A stretch of 54,050 bases of DNA from assembly GCA_018398765.1 (NCBI GenBank), contig JAHBMJ010000219.1, positions 1 through 54,050 of the forward strand. The letters are read 5' to 3'. Under the pieces are notes generated by a model, which worked only from the letters and a program-made list of their open reading frames with translations, searched no databases and had not been told where the DNA came from. Positions 21,907 to 35,100 of this stretch are shown in pieces; positions within the stretch are counted from its first letter, which is position 1, and each line of letters begins with the position of its first letter. Made by a program: the position numbers and the translations under genes. Origin of the DNA: Chromera velia (lineage: Eukaryota).

Positions 21907-24900
21907 ATGTTCATTCCCACAGATGGAAAACCGGGTAGTCCAAAGAGGTACCCAACGCGTGCGATGAGGGATTCCATGTGGGCAGTCTTCGGTCGTGAGA
22001 GTGCACAGCCAATCTATGAGGGCAGTGATATGCGGGAGAGGGAGAGGGACGGGGCCTTTCCTCCTCGAGAATTTCAGATGCAGCAGCAGAAGTTGATGGG
22101 TGCAGAAAGTCAGCCGAACTCAGCGCGTCCTCGGAGACCCCGACAAGCAGAGGTCGACATGCAGATGGCAAAAAACGACGACCTTGCCCGCCTCGAGGAG
22201 CAACTCAGGGTCACTCCGAGTACGGAAGATGACAGCCGAAGGTGAGAAAGAAGTACGGCTGAAACTCGGCAATGAGTAGACGGTGGTCGCTTCAACTTTG
22301 CAGGTTTGATGAAATGACCGACTTCGTTGAATGAAATGACTCTCCTCATGCTTTGTGTGCAGGGTGTCTGGTCTCTCTAATCCCACAGCTCTGTGGCCTG
22401 GGTCTGAAGGACGGCGGGACGGTAACGCTGTTCGTGAGGTTCCCCTGGATCTCTATCGATTCGACCGTCGACTCGCACGAGCAGAACAGACTTTGGAATA
22501 CGTTGCGGTCAGTGCAGTTCCCAGCAAGGTGCTTTCATTCGATAAAGAAGAGCTGAAACGATGAGCTGATGGGGACTATGACGACTGAAACCAAATGCTT
22601 TCCTTCAGTCGGTCATCGTGGATGCCATCTTGGGACCCTCGACCCCTTCTTCTCATGCGGAAAGGAAAAAAGGTTGCGCACTTTTGCTCTTAGTCGATGG
22701 TTATTCGTACCACGACGACGCCTCCCTGAATCCATTTATCAGTGTCACTCTTGTTTTCTTCACTTCTCTTTCTTTCTGCAGAGCCAGGCGGCCCAGATGG
22801 ATGCGATGAGAACCAGAGTGTCCGATCTAAGCTCCTCTGTTGCGGATCTGAGGTCGATGTTCGAGAAGCGAGTCGACTCGGAAGTCACCCAGATGGTCGG
22901 TGCTTTCACGTGCCCGACTTCCATCTCGTACTTTTCCTCTTCCTGCGTGATTGTCTCGGCCTCCGTCTCACATACTTGTTTTTCTCCTGTGTTCACCTTT
23001 ACACATACACGCTCGCTCAAGCTCACAGTGACGCGGCTGCAAGAGAAGACAGTGGCTGGTCCAGCGGAAGTTTTTCGCTTTCATTACAGTTTGATTCTTA
23101 TCTGACTTTCCTCAACATATTGGAGCGATGCGAATCTTTTTCCGTGAATCCACCTGCAGGAGGAACGCATGAGAGGGCACATTTGCCAGCAGGAGGAGAG
23201 AGACAGCAGGTTCCGGCAGTGGGCTACTGATGCCATTGCTTCGCACGGGGAAAAGGTCAGGGGTCGGGGGGGCAACGATACTGTCTCGTTGCATGTTCTG
23301 TCGTTCTATCCAATGTCTCCAATAGAGTTTTGTCCTTACTTACAGTCGTGCCTCATTTTGTTTGTGGTCCCACAAAAGTATCTACCGGGAGACGGAAAGA
23401 GAAACGTTTGTCCTCTGCTTTAGAGATTCCTCTGTCTTTGTGCTTACCAGATGATTACTTGACTGAGTGATGGCAGCATCCCTTTTCTGTCCATACCCCT
23501 GCAGGCAGCAGCAGAGAAGAGTTCGACTGAGGACGAGAGAGATCTCCTGAGAACCCGTCTGGCGGAGGTCGAAAAGGCAAGTGCGAGGCTTGAGCTGAGG
23601 GCTTCAGCGGCAGAGACGGCGCTCTCACAAGCGAAACACAGGCTGGAGGGTCTCACTGCGATCTCACAGATGCAAAGCGCACAACCCAACGGGGGATTGC
23701 CACTTGGGGCCGTCTCTCAAATTCGGGAGATTGTGGAAGAAATGCAGGGGGGGAAGGACAAGGCGCTCGTGAAACGGTCAGCTGGCCTTTCTCTGTTTTT
23801 TGTATACACCGATGCCATCTTTTTGCGTCACCTTCAATCACTCCGCATTTCATGCTTCTTAGTCTCTCTGCTGCTCTGTGGCCGATTCTTTATTGTTTTG
23901 TCGGAATTTTCGAGTGATATGAGGGCTTCCAGATTCTCACTCAATCTGGTGACTGAATGAACAACCGATGCGACGTGTGCAGTGAGGCCGTGACGCTAAT
24001 GAGGTCGCCTTCAACTGAAGACCCAGCACTGACCTTTATTCCGATCTCTGCTGGAGAGGGGGGGGGAACAGGCTTCGCTCCCCCCATGGGCCACTCCTCC
24101 AACTTCCAGCACAACCCCGCGCAGGTCGCAGTCACCCAGAGTCTCCAGGCAGCAACTGACAGGGAGGACGCCCATCCGACTGTTCTCGGACTCTTCAAGA
24201 AAGAAATTGCCGCTCGTCTTGCAATGCACGGAACGTTGGAGGACCAGCTACAGGTAAATTATTCCCTCAAACTTGAATATTGAGTATCCAGTGAAATCAA
24301 CCAAAGGTTCCACGGCCAACTAAAGCAAGTGTTTGTTTGGGACACGCGGAGTGTGGGTCCAAAGCCCGACGAGAAACCATGCACGAGTGGCATGTACAGA
24401 AAAAACACAAATGAAGACAGATTTTGAGTGCTTCTGCGGTCTTGCTTTCTGTTCCTTCCTCTTTTCTCCTCTGACGACCACCAGTGGCCCTGACAGCCCT
24501 GACAGAAGGTGTAAACTCGAATGGCTATTCCAGCTGGCACCTCGCAACTCGGCACCCTTTGACTCTGACGCTCTGACTGATCTCTCTCTCAATAAATACT
24601 CCGAGTTCTTCTTGGCCCAGCAATAAAAAGATGTATTTTTCTGTGTATTTTAATTTTGTTGACGTGTCTTCATGCACTCCGCCCTCAGACCCTGCATCTT
24701 CGCCTCGATGAGGTGAACGAGAGAGAAGCCGCCGCCCTTCAGGAGAAGAGGCGAATGCACGAGGAGACTATGAGACGCACCTTCGATCTGGAACAGAAGG
24801 AACAGGACGACAAACACGAAATGGAAAGATCAATTGCGGCACTGACGTCAGTCCATAAAGAGAACTTGTCGACTTGGCCTTCCTGTTCTTTCTCTGGCCT

Positions 24901-27900
24901 TTCCGTTCGCTTTCTTCGATCTCTTCACATCTCTTGTTTTCATTCATTCGCTCTTTTGAGGTTGCTTCTTTCCCCTTCTTCTGCTGATGGCTTTTCCGTT
25001 GGTAGTGCCTCAACAGAGGGACCGGCATGAAGACTGGCATAAATTGTCTTCTGCATCTTCCGTCTGCAGATCGGAACTTGATGCTGCCGAGGAGAGGATG
25101 AGACAGCGACAGGAGGCGGGGGACAGGGAGGGACACGCCGCTCTGGTTGCTGCAGAGGAGAGACAAACAGCAACTGCAAGGGACCTTCTTGAGCAGATCG
25201 GCAACGTCTCCAGAGCTCTGACGGAATCCTTCAAGACTTTGGACTCCAAAATACCGGGTGGGTGGGTGGGTGGGTGGGTACAAGGAGGGAGCGAAGGAGG
25301 ATATTTGATCAGCCGTTGCAATCAGTTCTCTATTGATGATGCAGTGACACGATCATCATCTTGGCGTGCAGTTATTTATTTCTTTTTTGTTGTGTTATCT
25401 CTTTGCGATTCTGCTTGCTCCTTCGAAGCCGTGAAGCCTCTCTGTGCGCTATTTTTCGTTTCTGCAGTCACTGAGCAGAAGGTCCTTAACTCTGTCGACG
25501 AGGCTCTTCAACAACAGGAGAAGCTCGCCACTACCCACCTGGCAGCTGTCATCACGAGGGTCCAGAGACTCGAGGGACGGTCAGTCGGTCGGCCTGTCTG
25601 TCTACCTCTCGAAATGTCTGGAGGCATGAAGGAAGGAAGAGAAAGCTCGGGCTTGAGAGAAAGTGCAATGGAAAGAAACCTTCAGAAACTGTGGATGCAT
25701 GAATGGAAATGTCCTGCAGCCCCTGCAGCCTTCTATTTTTTCTGTGCCTCGCCTTTTCTCCTTCTCCCCTTTCCTTTCCTCCGACCTCGAGCTTTCTCCG
25801 GTAGAGGTTTTTTATTTCCAGTCCAGTTGGTTGATTGCGCGACACGTGCATTTGCCTGTACCGCACTCTTTGGTTGCTCTTCACGTGAGCCTTCCTCCAT
25901 AACTCTCGCCAGTAAACACCGTAGAGCTTTACTTAAACGCGCATTCGATCTTTTCCTTTCCCTCCTCATGTCTCGTTTCTTTCTGCTCAGTGCTGCTCGG
26001 GCAGAGGCGTTGATCCAGAAAGAAAAGGCGAGGAGAACCGAGGGGATCGTCAAGCAAAATGCAAAGGCTGACAGGGTGGGTTGCTGACAGGGTTTTCCTT
26101 CCCTTTATTCTTTGTGCGTGCTTTTTGCTGTATGCGTTTGATTGCAAACCCTCGATTCATTAGTCCAAGCAGAACTCACCTAGGTTCATGGGGGTTTTGT
26201 TTGGAGAGGACAGCGGCCTCAGGCTATCCTGGGGCACACGGCGTCCAGTCTCCAATGCTGCGTTTCCCCAGCCGATGGACGAGAACTGCATGACGCACTG
26301 ATTGTTGACTGCATGACCACGAAACCCACAGATTGCTGCCCAGTCCAAGACCCCTGGATTCTATCGATTCAAAATGTCTTACTTTCACGCCGACAGACTC
26401 AATCTCTGGTCCTTGAAGGTTACTTCTTCTGCACTAACTGCAAAAATACTCCGTGTAGTGTTTCCAAAAGTGCCCCCCCCCCCCTTCTTTTCTCTTTTGT
26501 TCCTTTCAGATCATCAAAGCCGTCGACAAGGGCCAGCTCCAGCTTCTGAAGGAACTCGAACAGCTCCGCCTCGACTGGCAGGAGATGATGGAGGCTTCTG
26601 CGAAGGAAATTCAACTCCATAGTGACGAAACGAAGAAATACGTCTCTTCAGAGGTGCGTGCGTCATTGAAGACAGCCTCCCTGTTGATGACTCTTCTAGG
26701 CCTCTTTGTCTCCCCTTCTTTCCATTTGTCTGCATATGCTTCCTGGCATAGCCCCCACGAAGGCACTGACGATACTTGCCCTCCGAACGAGTGCATTGGT
26801 CATTCACACGAGTGCCTAATGGACAACACAAGAATGCACAGCCATCTTGAGAATGCTCTCGGCATCGACAAATTTGTTCTGTGTCCTTTTCTTCCACGCA
26901 GGTGCGGGCAGTGGACAGTCGACTGGAGAACCTGGCAGGGCACCATCGGCAGCTTCGAGACAAGGTGAGTAGAGAGGAGAGCAGGGGGCAAGGCCGTCTT
27001 TTCTTTGTCAATCTTGCCCTGTCAGGCTTTCTTCAAATCACTCCGCTTTACCCATAGTTCGTTTCTGTCTCTAGGTCTGTCTGCCTGTGCTGGTGACAGG
27101 ATGAGAGAAGTAGAAGGTCTGTTTTTTTAATGCGTGTTTGGTTCTTTCTCTCTCCTTTCCCTCTTTGCGAACCCCCTTGTCCATCTTTTATTGCGCAGAC
27201 TTTCGTTTTCCTCCATTACGTCAGTCTGGCAGGCTTTACGAAACGTAGAATGCGAATCTCCTTGTGCCGCTCAAGATTCCCTCCCTCCCTCCCTTCCTGC
27301 AGGAGTCTAGATTCGAGGCCCAGACTGCAGAGAACCTCTCTCAACACATGAAGGAGCTGCAGGACACAGACGGTCCGGGTGGAAGGGGAAGAAAAGGGAC
27401 AAAAGAAAGGGACAAGAAAGCATAAAAGAAAGAGGAGATGCGATCGTTTTCCTGATTCTGATACAGCCTTTTCATGATCGGGTGTATGGATCACGAAGAG
27501 AAACGATCTGGCGAACGGATCATAGACACAACAATTAGATACCGCTTGACTTCCTATCTCGAATGAGACCAAAAGACAGAGGTAAAAGGAGCGTTGCCTG
27601 AACATTCAGACGGTAACAACAACGCCAAACAAACTCCTTTCTTTCTCTTCCCCGCCCTGTATGGCGCATGCAGGCCGTCTGAGATCAAAAATTTCGGAAA
27701 CGCAGGCAGAGCTCCTCCGCGACATTCAGAAAGGTCAGACGGACGCACAAGTGGACGGATGGACAGGCGGAACAAGACTGATCATTCAGCGAGAATCAGA
27801 GGAATTGCAAATGTTATCCTTCTGAGGTGCCTGTCTTATCTCTCACCTGGCATTCCCTGCATTCCGTTCTCCCTTGGTCTTCTCTTTTTTGTTCTCTTAT

Positions 27901-29023
27901 TTCATGGCTTTGCTTCTGCCCCTGCCTACAACGGGTTTTGGCAACTGCACAGGTGTAAACCGACTCTCGTCAAAAGTGAATGAGAACAAATCACTTGCGG
28001 TCTGCGATGAGTGCTTTTCTTTCTGCAGTTGACTTCGACATTCGGAGTGCCATGAAGGAAACCTTCACGCGGTTTGAGGCAAAAGTCAGTCAGTCAGTTA
28101 GCAAGACCTCGCCTCTGCCCACAAAGGGACAGCTCACAGTTCTGATGAAAGTTCTTTACGTCTCAAAACGCTGGCGCGCGTTCTCTTCTCTTTCTATTCG
28201 CCTTTCTTTCCCTTCCCATCTTTCTACATGGTTCTCCTTCGTCCAGCAATACCTTGCTTGTCTCCCACCACCTCTACCCCTGCGTCAGTCTCATTCGGTA
28301 GCAGCCTCCACTACGTACGCAGAATAGAAGCTGAAATTCTGTTCCATTCTCTCCCTTCCTCTCAGACCGCACTTGCCATCAGGGAAGTCCGGGACGAGGG
28401 CAGGCAGGACAGGCAGAGGCTGGAGACAGAGATCCAGTTGGCAGAGGAGAGGGGAGAGGTAGCTCGGCAGGAGACGGAGAACAGAATGAACGAGAACCTC
28501 GAGAGGGTGCGCCTGGCAACCATACAGGTCTGTGACTTTTTTTCTGGACTCCTCCTCTTCATCGAACAGAAACGCATGCACTTGACACCTTCGGGTCTTC
28601 AAAGGGAGCCGTTGCGGACATGTAGGCTTTTAGGGGGGGTCAAGTGTGAGACATGGACGTGAAATAAGGGAAGCACAAAAAAAGGTTTGAAATGAAATAA
28701 GCAAGCATGGACCTTCTTCCTGTCACGACTGCCTTCGCTCAATTGTATTCTGTCTGCAGAGCATAGAGCAAACCGCTCAAAAGTTGAAAGACCGGATTCG
28801 GGCCCTCGATGATGACGTCAGTCGAAGTCAAATCCCAAATCAGTCATGTGATTTGAATGGAAATCCTGCAGCTGCACTGGGTTGCGGATCCCTTTTAAGT
28901 CCTGTTGGACCGTGCGCATGCTCTTTGGGTCGCTTTGATGGCTCTCTTTTCATACTTCCAAGCCGCCTGTGCCTCATGTGTATGTGTGTATGTTTGTGTG
29001 TCTGTGCGTGTGCGTGTGTGTGT

Positions 29024-29064
<41 letters not shown>

Positions 29065-29123
29065 GCAGGCAGGCAGGCAGACAGACAGAGACAGACAGAG
29101 ACAGACAGACAGACAGACAGACG

Positions 29124-29159
<36 letters not shown>

Positions 29160-32100
29160 AAGAGTTTGTTTTCTCTTTTAGGGATGGGTGGGAGGGGATT
29201 AGCCCGTTCCAGCTTTTGCGTCTGTACAGAGACGGGCCTACTCACTTCACTTGTTTCTGCATGCCCTTGTGCTCCTGCCTGCCTGCCTGCCTGCCTGCAG
29301 ATGATGAACAAAATTCTGGGGGTCAGTTTCTGGGTCCTGTTTTTCTTTCTGATGCCCTGCTTCTTTTTCTCCATGCTGGCTCTTTCTTTCTCCGTCTACC
29401 TGTCTCTCTTCCGTTTCTAGTTGTTTGAATCCTTCTTTCTTGTCCCCTCTTTCTTGTCTTTCCTTTTCCTTTCTGGGTGAGAAGGAACACAACATGGCCG
29501 GATTCTGTTAGAGGTGGAATGAGAAACGCTGTCAGTCGCGTGCCCGCGTCTGTCTGTATGCATGGATTCATGAATTGTTTGGCGTTCATCCGTGTAAACG
29601 GCAAATATGGGGAATTGACAGATGGGAAAGAAGTGCGTGGGACAAAGAGAAGCACTAAGATGTCAGATGAGAGCAGTGTACACATATTGGAGTGTCTTCT
29701 TTCTCATCTGCAGCTCCACCAAAAAGTTGACAACAAAACAGCAGATCTGCAAAAGGCGATCGACACTCTCGGTAAGGGGCGTGGTCTGTCTTCTGAACTT
29801 TTCGTGTGCTTTTCATCGACGTCTCGCGGTGAACACGAGGCTTTCTGCAGTTTGAGTATGACTTTTTGCGTTTTGTCATGTTCGACTACCAAACTGTTTC
29901 CGACGGCGCTTCTTTTGTCTTCTATTTCTACCTCAGAGGTGTTGTTTTGGTAGCTCTCTGAAAAGAGTCGATCAGTCTCCCTTCCAACCTACTCACCATA
30001 CGAAGGCCTGCATGTCTCTGCCGTCCTATCGGAACCTCTTTGAATTCTTCTTTTGGGTTTTGACATCTGATAAGAATGAACTGATTTTACTCACAGCATC
30101 TCCCTCGATCCTGTGGACGTTGTAAGTAGATGAGCAAGTGAGTGAGTGCGTCTGTACTCTTTGTGCAGAGGCCGAGTCAAGGGCAGCAGACGAAAAGATC
30201 CAGGAGGACCTTCATGCCTTCAAGGTCCGGGGGGGGACAAAGAAGAAGGGGTGGGGGCAGGCTTGGGAAAAGATCTTCAGGGATTGGATTTGGAGAAAAC
30301 GGAGAAGAGGGTGAAAGAAGAAGGACATGTCACAATGGCATGGTGTGTTGGATTTTGCAAAAAGGAACAGCGACCTCTGTGATTGTTGCCGTTTGTGTGC
30401 CAAGTGTCTCGTGAATCATTGTCGAGCTTGTTGTTGATCACACCGTCTTGTCTGACCCTTTTACCCCCTTGCAGGTGGCTGTCGCGAAGGCAGAGATCAG
30501 ACAGACGAAAGAGTTCAACGAGAAGATGAAAGTACACGGTCAGTCCTCTGCAAAGAATCGCAGGCGTCTACGTCGGGAAGATTCTGGAAGGACGGCAAGA
30601 CAAAGCAAAAGGCTTTCTGTTTGAAAATCCTCTGCAAATTTGCTTCTCTTCCTGTTGCGGTTGCTTTCCAAGACTTCATCACAATACTCATGAAGGTGCT
30701 GAAGAGGCAGGGGTGTTTGGTTGAATTTCAGGATAAGTTCATAGACTTGCTGTTCTCGCGATGGATTCACGTTTCGTGTCGCTCTGATATGAATTCAAAG
30801 ACCCCTCCACGGTTTTACGCTATCGCTGCGGTGTTTGTATCCGAATTATGTTTCATCTGTGCGTGCAGAGGAGGCAAACGACGCTTCCTTTGCGGAGGTG
30901 CGGGCGGCGGCTGCTGCGTTCAAGGTCGGTTTCTGAATGAACAAGAGAAGAGTCAATTAGATGCAGCGATTCTTTTTGTTGAAGTAGACAGTTCGAAAAC
31001 GGTGCCTGTCTGCAGTTGCTCTCCATCCGATGCGATCAGACATTTCGATTGCACGACATGGCCGTCTTGCCCCTTCTTTTGTGCGGACTTCAGGTTCCTG
31101 TCTCTGTGCTTTGTCCAAGCTCCCTCTTCTCTTCCTCCCTTTTGTCCCTTTCTACCTGGTGCACTTCACGGCAGGGGATGTGAGTGACTGAAAGGGCACA
31201 AAGAAAAGATTCTGTGCGCGGTAGCACACATTCTTTGTTGTGTGTGCATGACATCCTGCAGGCCGAAGTGGAAGCCAACGAGGCCAAACAGACGGAGGAG
31301 TTCAACCGGAAAATGGAAGAGCACGGTCGGTTGTTTTGGCCTTTCGTCTGGTTAAGAATTTGGGATTGAATTCCCACAAAGGGAATGAATGACAGGAGAT
31401 GCTACTCGTAGTTTTCATCTTTGGTGTGTGGTTTCTGCTGTGAGGGTTCTTTGCAGTTTTCTGTTTGTCCTTTCCCCGTCAGTTTCAAATCACGTCCTTC
31501 TATCTCCTGCCCATTATGCCTGTCTCTTTGCAGAGGCCGCGAACGAGGCGACATTCACGGAGATTCGAGAGGCAGCAGCAGCATTCAAGGTTTGTCGCTA
31601 TCGATCTCAAAAATGGATTCCTCTTTTCCTGTCCTTTTCAAACCCTTCCCTTCCTCTCCCTCGACGGTACGACACTCCAGCTGATCATTTGCTCAGTCCC
31701 TGTCTCATCAAAACTTTCGGCATCACTTTGACACGTTGGCTCCCTCTTCGCTGTTGGCATTCGTTTGTTTTGCAGGAGGAGGTAGAGGCCAACGAGTCAA
31801 AGCAAACAGACGAATTCAATCAGAAGATGGAGGAGCACGGTCAGTCTACTTGTAGATTGTCTTCCTTCATTTTCGGCCGCTGCGTGCAGAACCTGCGTCT
31901 ATTATCTACTGTGAAAAGGCAAAGGGAACGTGAGCGGAATCCATTTGCACTCTCCCTTTCCCTTTGCCAATTTTTTGAATAGAGGATTCTTTCAGGAAAC
32001 TGGCACTGTAAAAGTTTTCGAGACAGCAGAGACAGCCAATTTCAGAAACTTGAAACACAGTCTCAACTTCAAGAACTCGAAAAGTCCTGAAAAAAGCGGT

Positions 32101-35100
32101 GAAGGTTCATGTGAGGAATGTGAATTGTCCGCTTTTCTGCAGAAGCTGCAAACGAAGCCACCTTCACAGAGCTTCGGGAGGCAGCAGCAGCTTTTAAGGT
32201 CTGTCCTTCTTTGCAAGTCTCTTTTTCTGATCTGTCTGCAAGAACACTCTGAAAGATATGCACAAACAGAAGACCTGTCGATTTCTGTTTTGCTGAGACT
32301 CCTCGAGGACGTACCTGCCACGCATGACCTTGTCGCTGTGCAAATGCAGAAGCGATATGTGAAGGAAATGACGTACGTCTGCAAAACGTTTGTGTTCCAT
32401 CTTCATGTCACTTTTTGACCCCTTCTTTTGGATGCAGGCGGAGGTCGAGGAGAAGGAAGCCGAGCAGACAGAAACATTCAACCAAAAATTGGACGAGCAC
32501 AGTTAGTCTGCATCCTCGCGTTTCCCTCTCTGTGTGAGAGCGTGTTGGACTAGAATGTGTTTTGGTGTGTCGGCACCTGGACATGCATTCTCCTTCTCAA
32601 ATGCGCATCGAGCAAAAACGCGCTCTTTTTCTCTCTCTCCCTCTCCCTCTCTCTCTCTNNNNNNNNNNNCTCTCTCTCTTCTCTCTCTCTCTCTCTCTCT
32701 CTCTGCTCTCTCTGTCTCTCTCTCACACACACATACACACACGCAAAGACAGATGTCCACCTCTATCAAGGCAAGTCGTTGACTGGCACAAAAGAAAACA
32801 GCTCTCCTCGCTTACCGAGCGTCATCATTTTTTCGAGAGGAGATCTCGGCCACATGAGCAGGACTAGTTGACCCAAAATACCGTTTTCATCCCCACCCAA
32901 AGCCAAAATGGAGGAACAGGAAAATGATCCTCCATTCCCGGTCCTTTTAACATGCGGGCGCTTTCTTCTCTTTCCTTTGCAGAGACGGAGACTTCCGAGA
33001 AATTCGAAAAAACAGATGCGGACATCGCTGCTTTCCGAGTGAGTTGCTGCATAGACTGGGTTGGGTTGCTTTCAACATATTGAGACATGCTTACTCATAT
33101 TTTTTTCTCACTCAGGATCACACGCATTGCGAACGTCTGCTCGCAGACAGCTTTCCCTCACCTTTGAATCTTGGCTTCATGTTGCTCGGTCTCGCTCACA
33201 CGTTTTCAAGAAGAAAGACGTCCTTTCTTCTTTCTTACAGAGTTGGATTTGGGATCTGTTCCTGCGTCAAGACGGAAAGAAGGCTTCACATGCAGACTTC
33301 AGTGCTCGACCCTCACTAAATACTGTCTGTCTGTACGCAAATGATTCATCCTTGTGACTTTTTTGCTCCTGCAGGAAGAAGTGGCGGAGGGCGAAAAGAA
33401 ACAGACGGAAGAGATGACTCAACGAATCGAGGAAGAAGGTCGGTCTGTATTGTGTGCGTGCGAGTGTGCGTGTATGGGTATGTGAGTGCCTTCAGGACAT
33501 GAAGACACGTGCAAGGTTGGACTCTTTCCATTGGGGCCATAATTTTTCGTCCTTTATCTCCGCTATTTTTGGGAAATTAGAAAGGAAAATCTGGTTTCCT
33601 CGATGCTTCAGCTTCCTCTATGCTTGTACCAAGTCAACTCAGAAGAGTTCAAACTGGTGAAATCTCACACAGCTGGAGAAGAAGATTCGCTCAGGAGCAT
33701 GACCACTTCTCTTCTTTTTCATTTGCTTGCGTGCAGCCGAAAAATCGTCCAACGCGATCGCAGCAACGAACTGGGAATTGAACAATTGGAGGGTGGGTGC
33801 AAGACTCACTTTGCGTCTCTTTCGGTCTCCGTGTTCCTTTCCTGTTCGGGTGCAGTGCAGTGCTTGAGTCTGTCTATCTTTCTCTTTCTCTCTCGCTCTG
33901 TGTGTAGGGAGGGGGGGGGGGGCGGTTGGTGCACGTAGAGATTCGTTCGGTCTATTTCCCTAGCTGGAAGCAGTTTGTCTTTTGTTCTCCTACTTCCATC
34001 ACGGTAAGACCTTCATTTTTTCTCACAGCTCAATCGCAGCCAGGCTCCGGTAGCATGTGTTTAGGGATTTAGGTTTCTATTGTCTTTCCCTTTCCCCCTT
34101 CCCTCTGACTTGCGATTGAATGCAGACAGAGTCACAGGTGGCACAACAGAAAATGGAAGAGAACTTTCAGGACAAAATGCAAAATCTTGGTGAGTAATGC
34201 AATGGAACTTCTTTTTCTCCGTGCTTCTTTGCTTCGGGTGTTCCTACCGTCGCGACGTTTTTTCTTCCTGCCCGTGCAGCGCATTCGATTTGGAACTCTA
34301 GTTGTGTTGAACACTGTGCGTTCACTCTTTGTGCATGTGCATACCAGTTGAGAGTCTCTCTTTGCCCCGTGTTCCGTGTCCTTGTTTCCCTCCATGATTT
34401 CTTCACATTCTCATGCGTGTGCGTGTGGGTGTGTGTGTATCTGTATATGCATGTGTATGTACGTTTGTTCGAGACTGTGTGTGCAGAGGACGAGACAAAC
34501 GCTTCAATGCAAGTGTTGCGGGGAGAGGTCCAGCTGTTCAAGGTGAGTTGATGGACTTGACAGAGGGAGCAGATAGAGTCTCTTCTGAATACTGAGAAAG
34601 GCCTGCCGCTCAGTATTGACAAGGAGAAAAACAGAGAAAGACGGAAACGCAAGTGCCTTTTGATCAAGAGTTGAACGTCTTTTTTTTTTCTTTCAGGTTT
34701 GTCATTCACATTCCTCCCAGGAGCTGACCAAAGTGATCGGATCCCCTTATCTTCAGTCACGTAGTTTTCCGTCTTCTTCTCTCTGTGCCTGTCTGTCTGT
34801 CCTCTTCATAGGAGGAGACCGAAGCCCAACATCAAAAATTGGAGGAGGAGATGGAAACAAAACTGCAAGGGCAAGGTCAGTTGTAAGCTGCCCTTCACGT
34901 TTTGTCTCTGGAGATTCCGCGTAAACCGTTTCCCTTTTCGGGTTTGATGCAGACATTTCTGCGATAAGAGTGTCAGTCCTGGGAAAGCAGTGGAGCAAAA
35001 TGCCTTTTGCACATAGGGTGCTCCTCAGTAATAAGGATATGCATTCTCATGACGATGTGCTTCTCTTTGAGTTTAAAGAGGTAGATTCCTTTCTTTGGGA

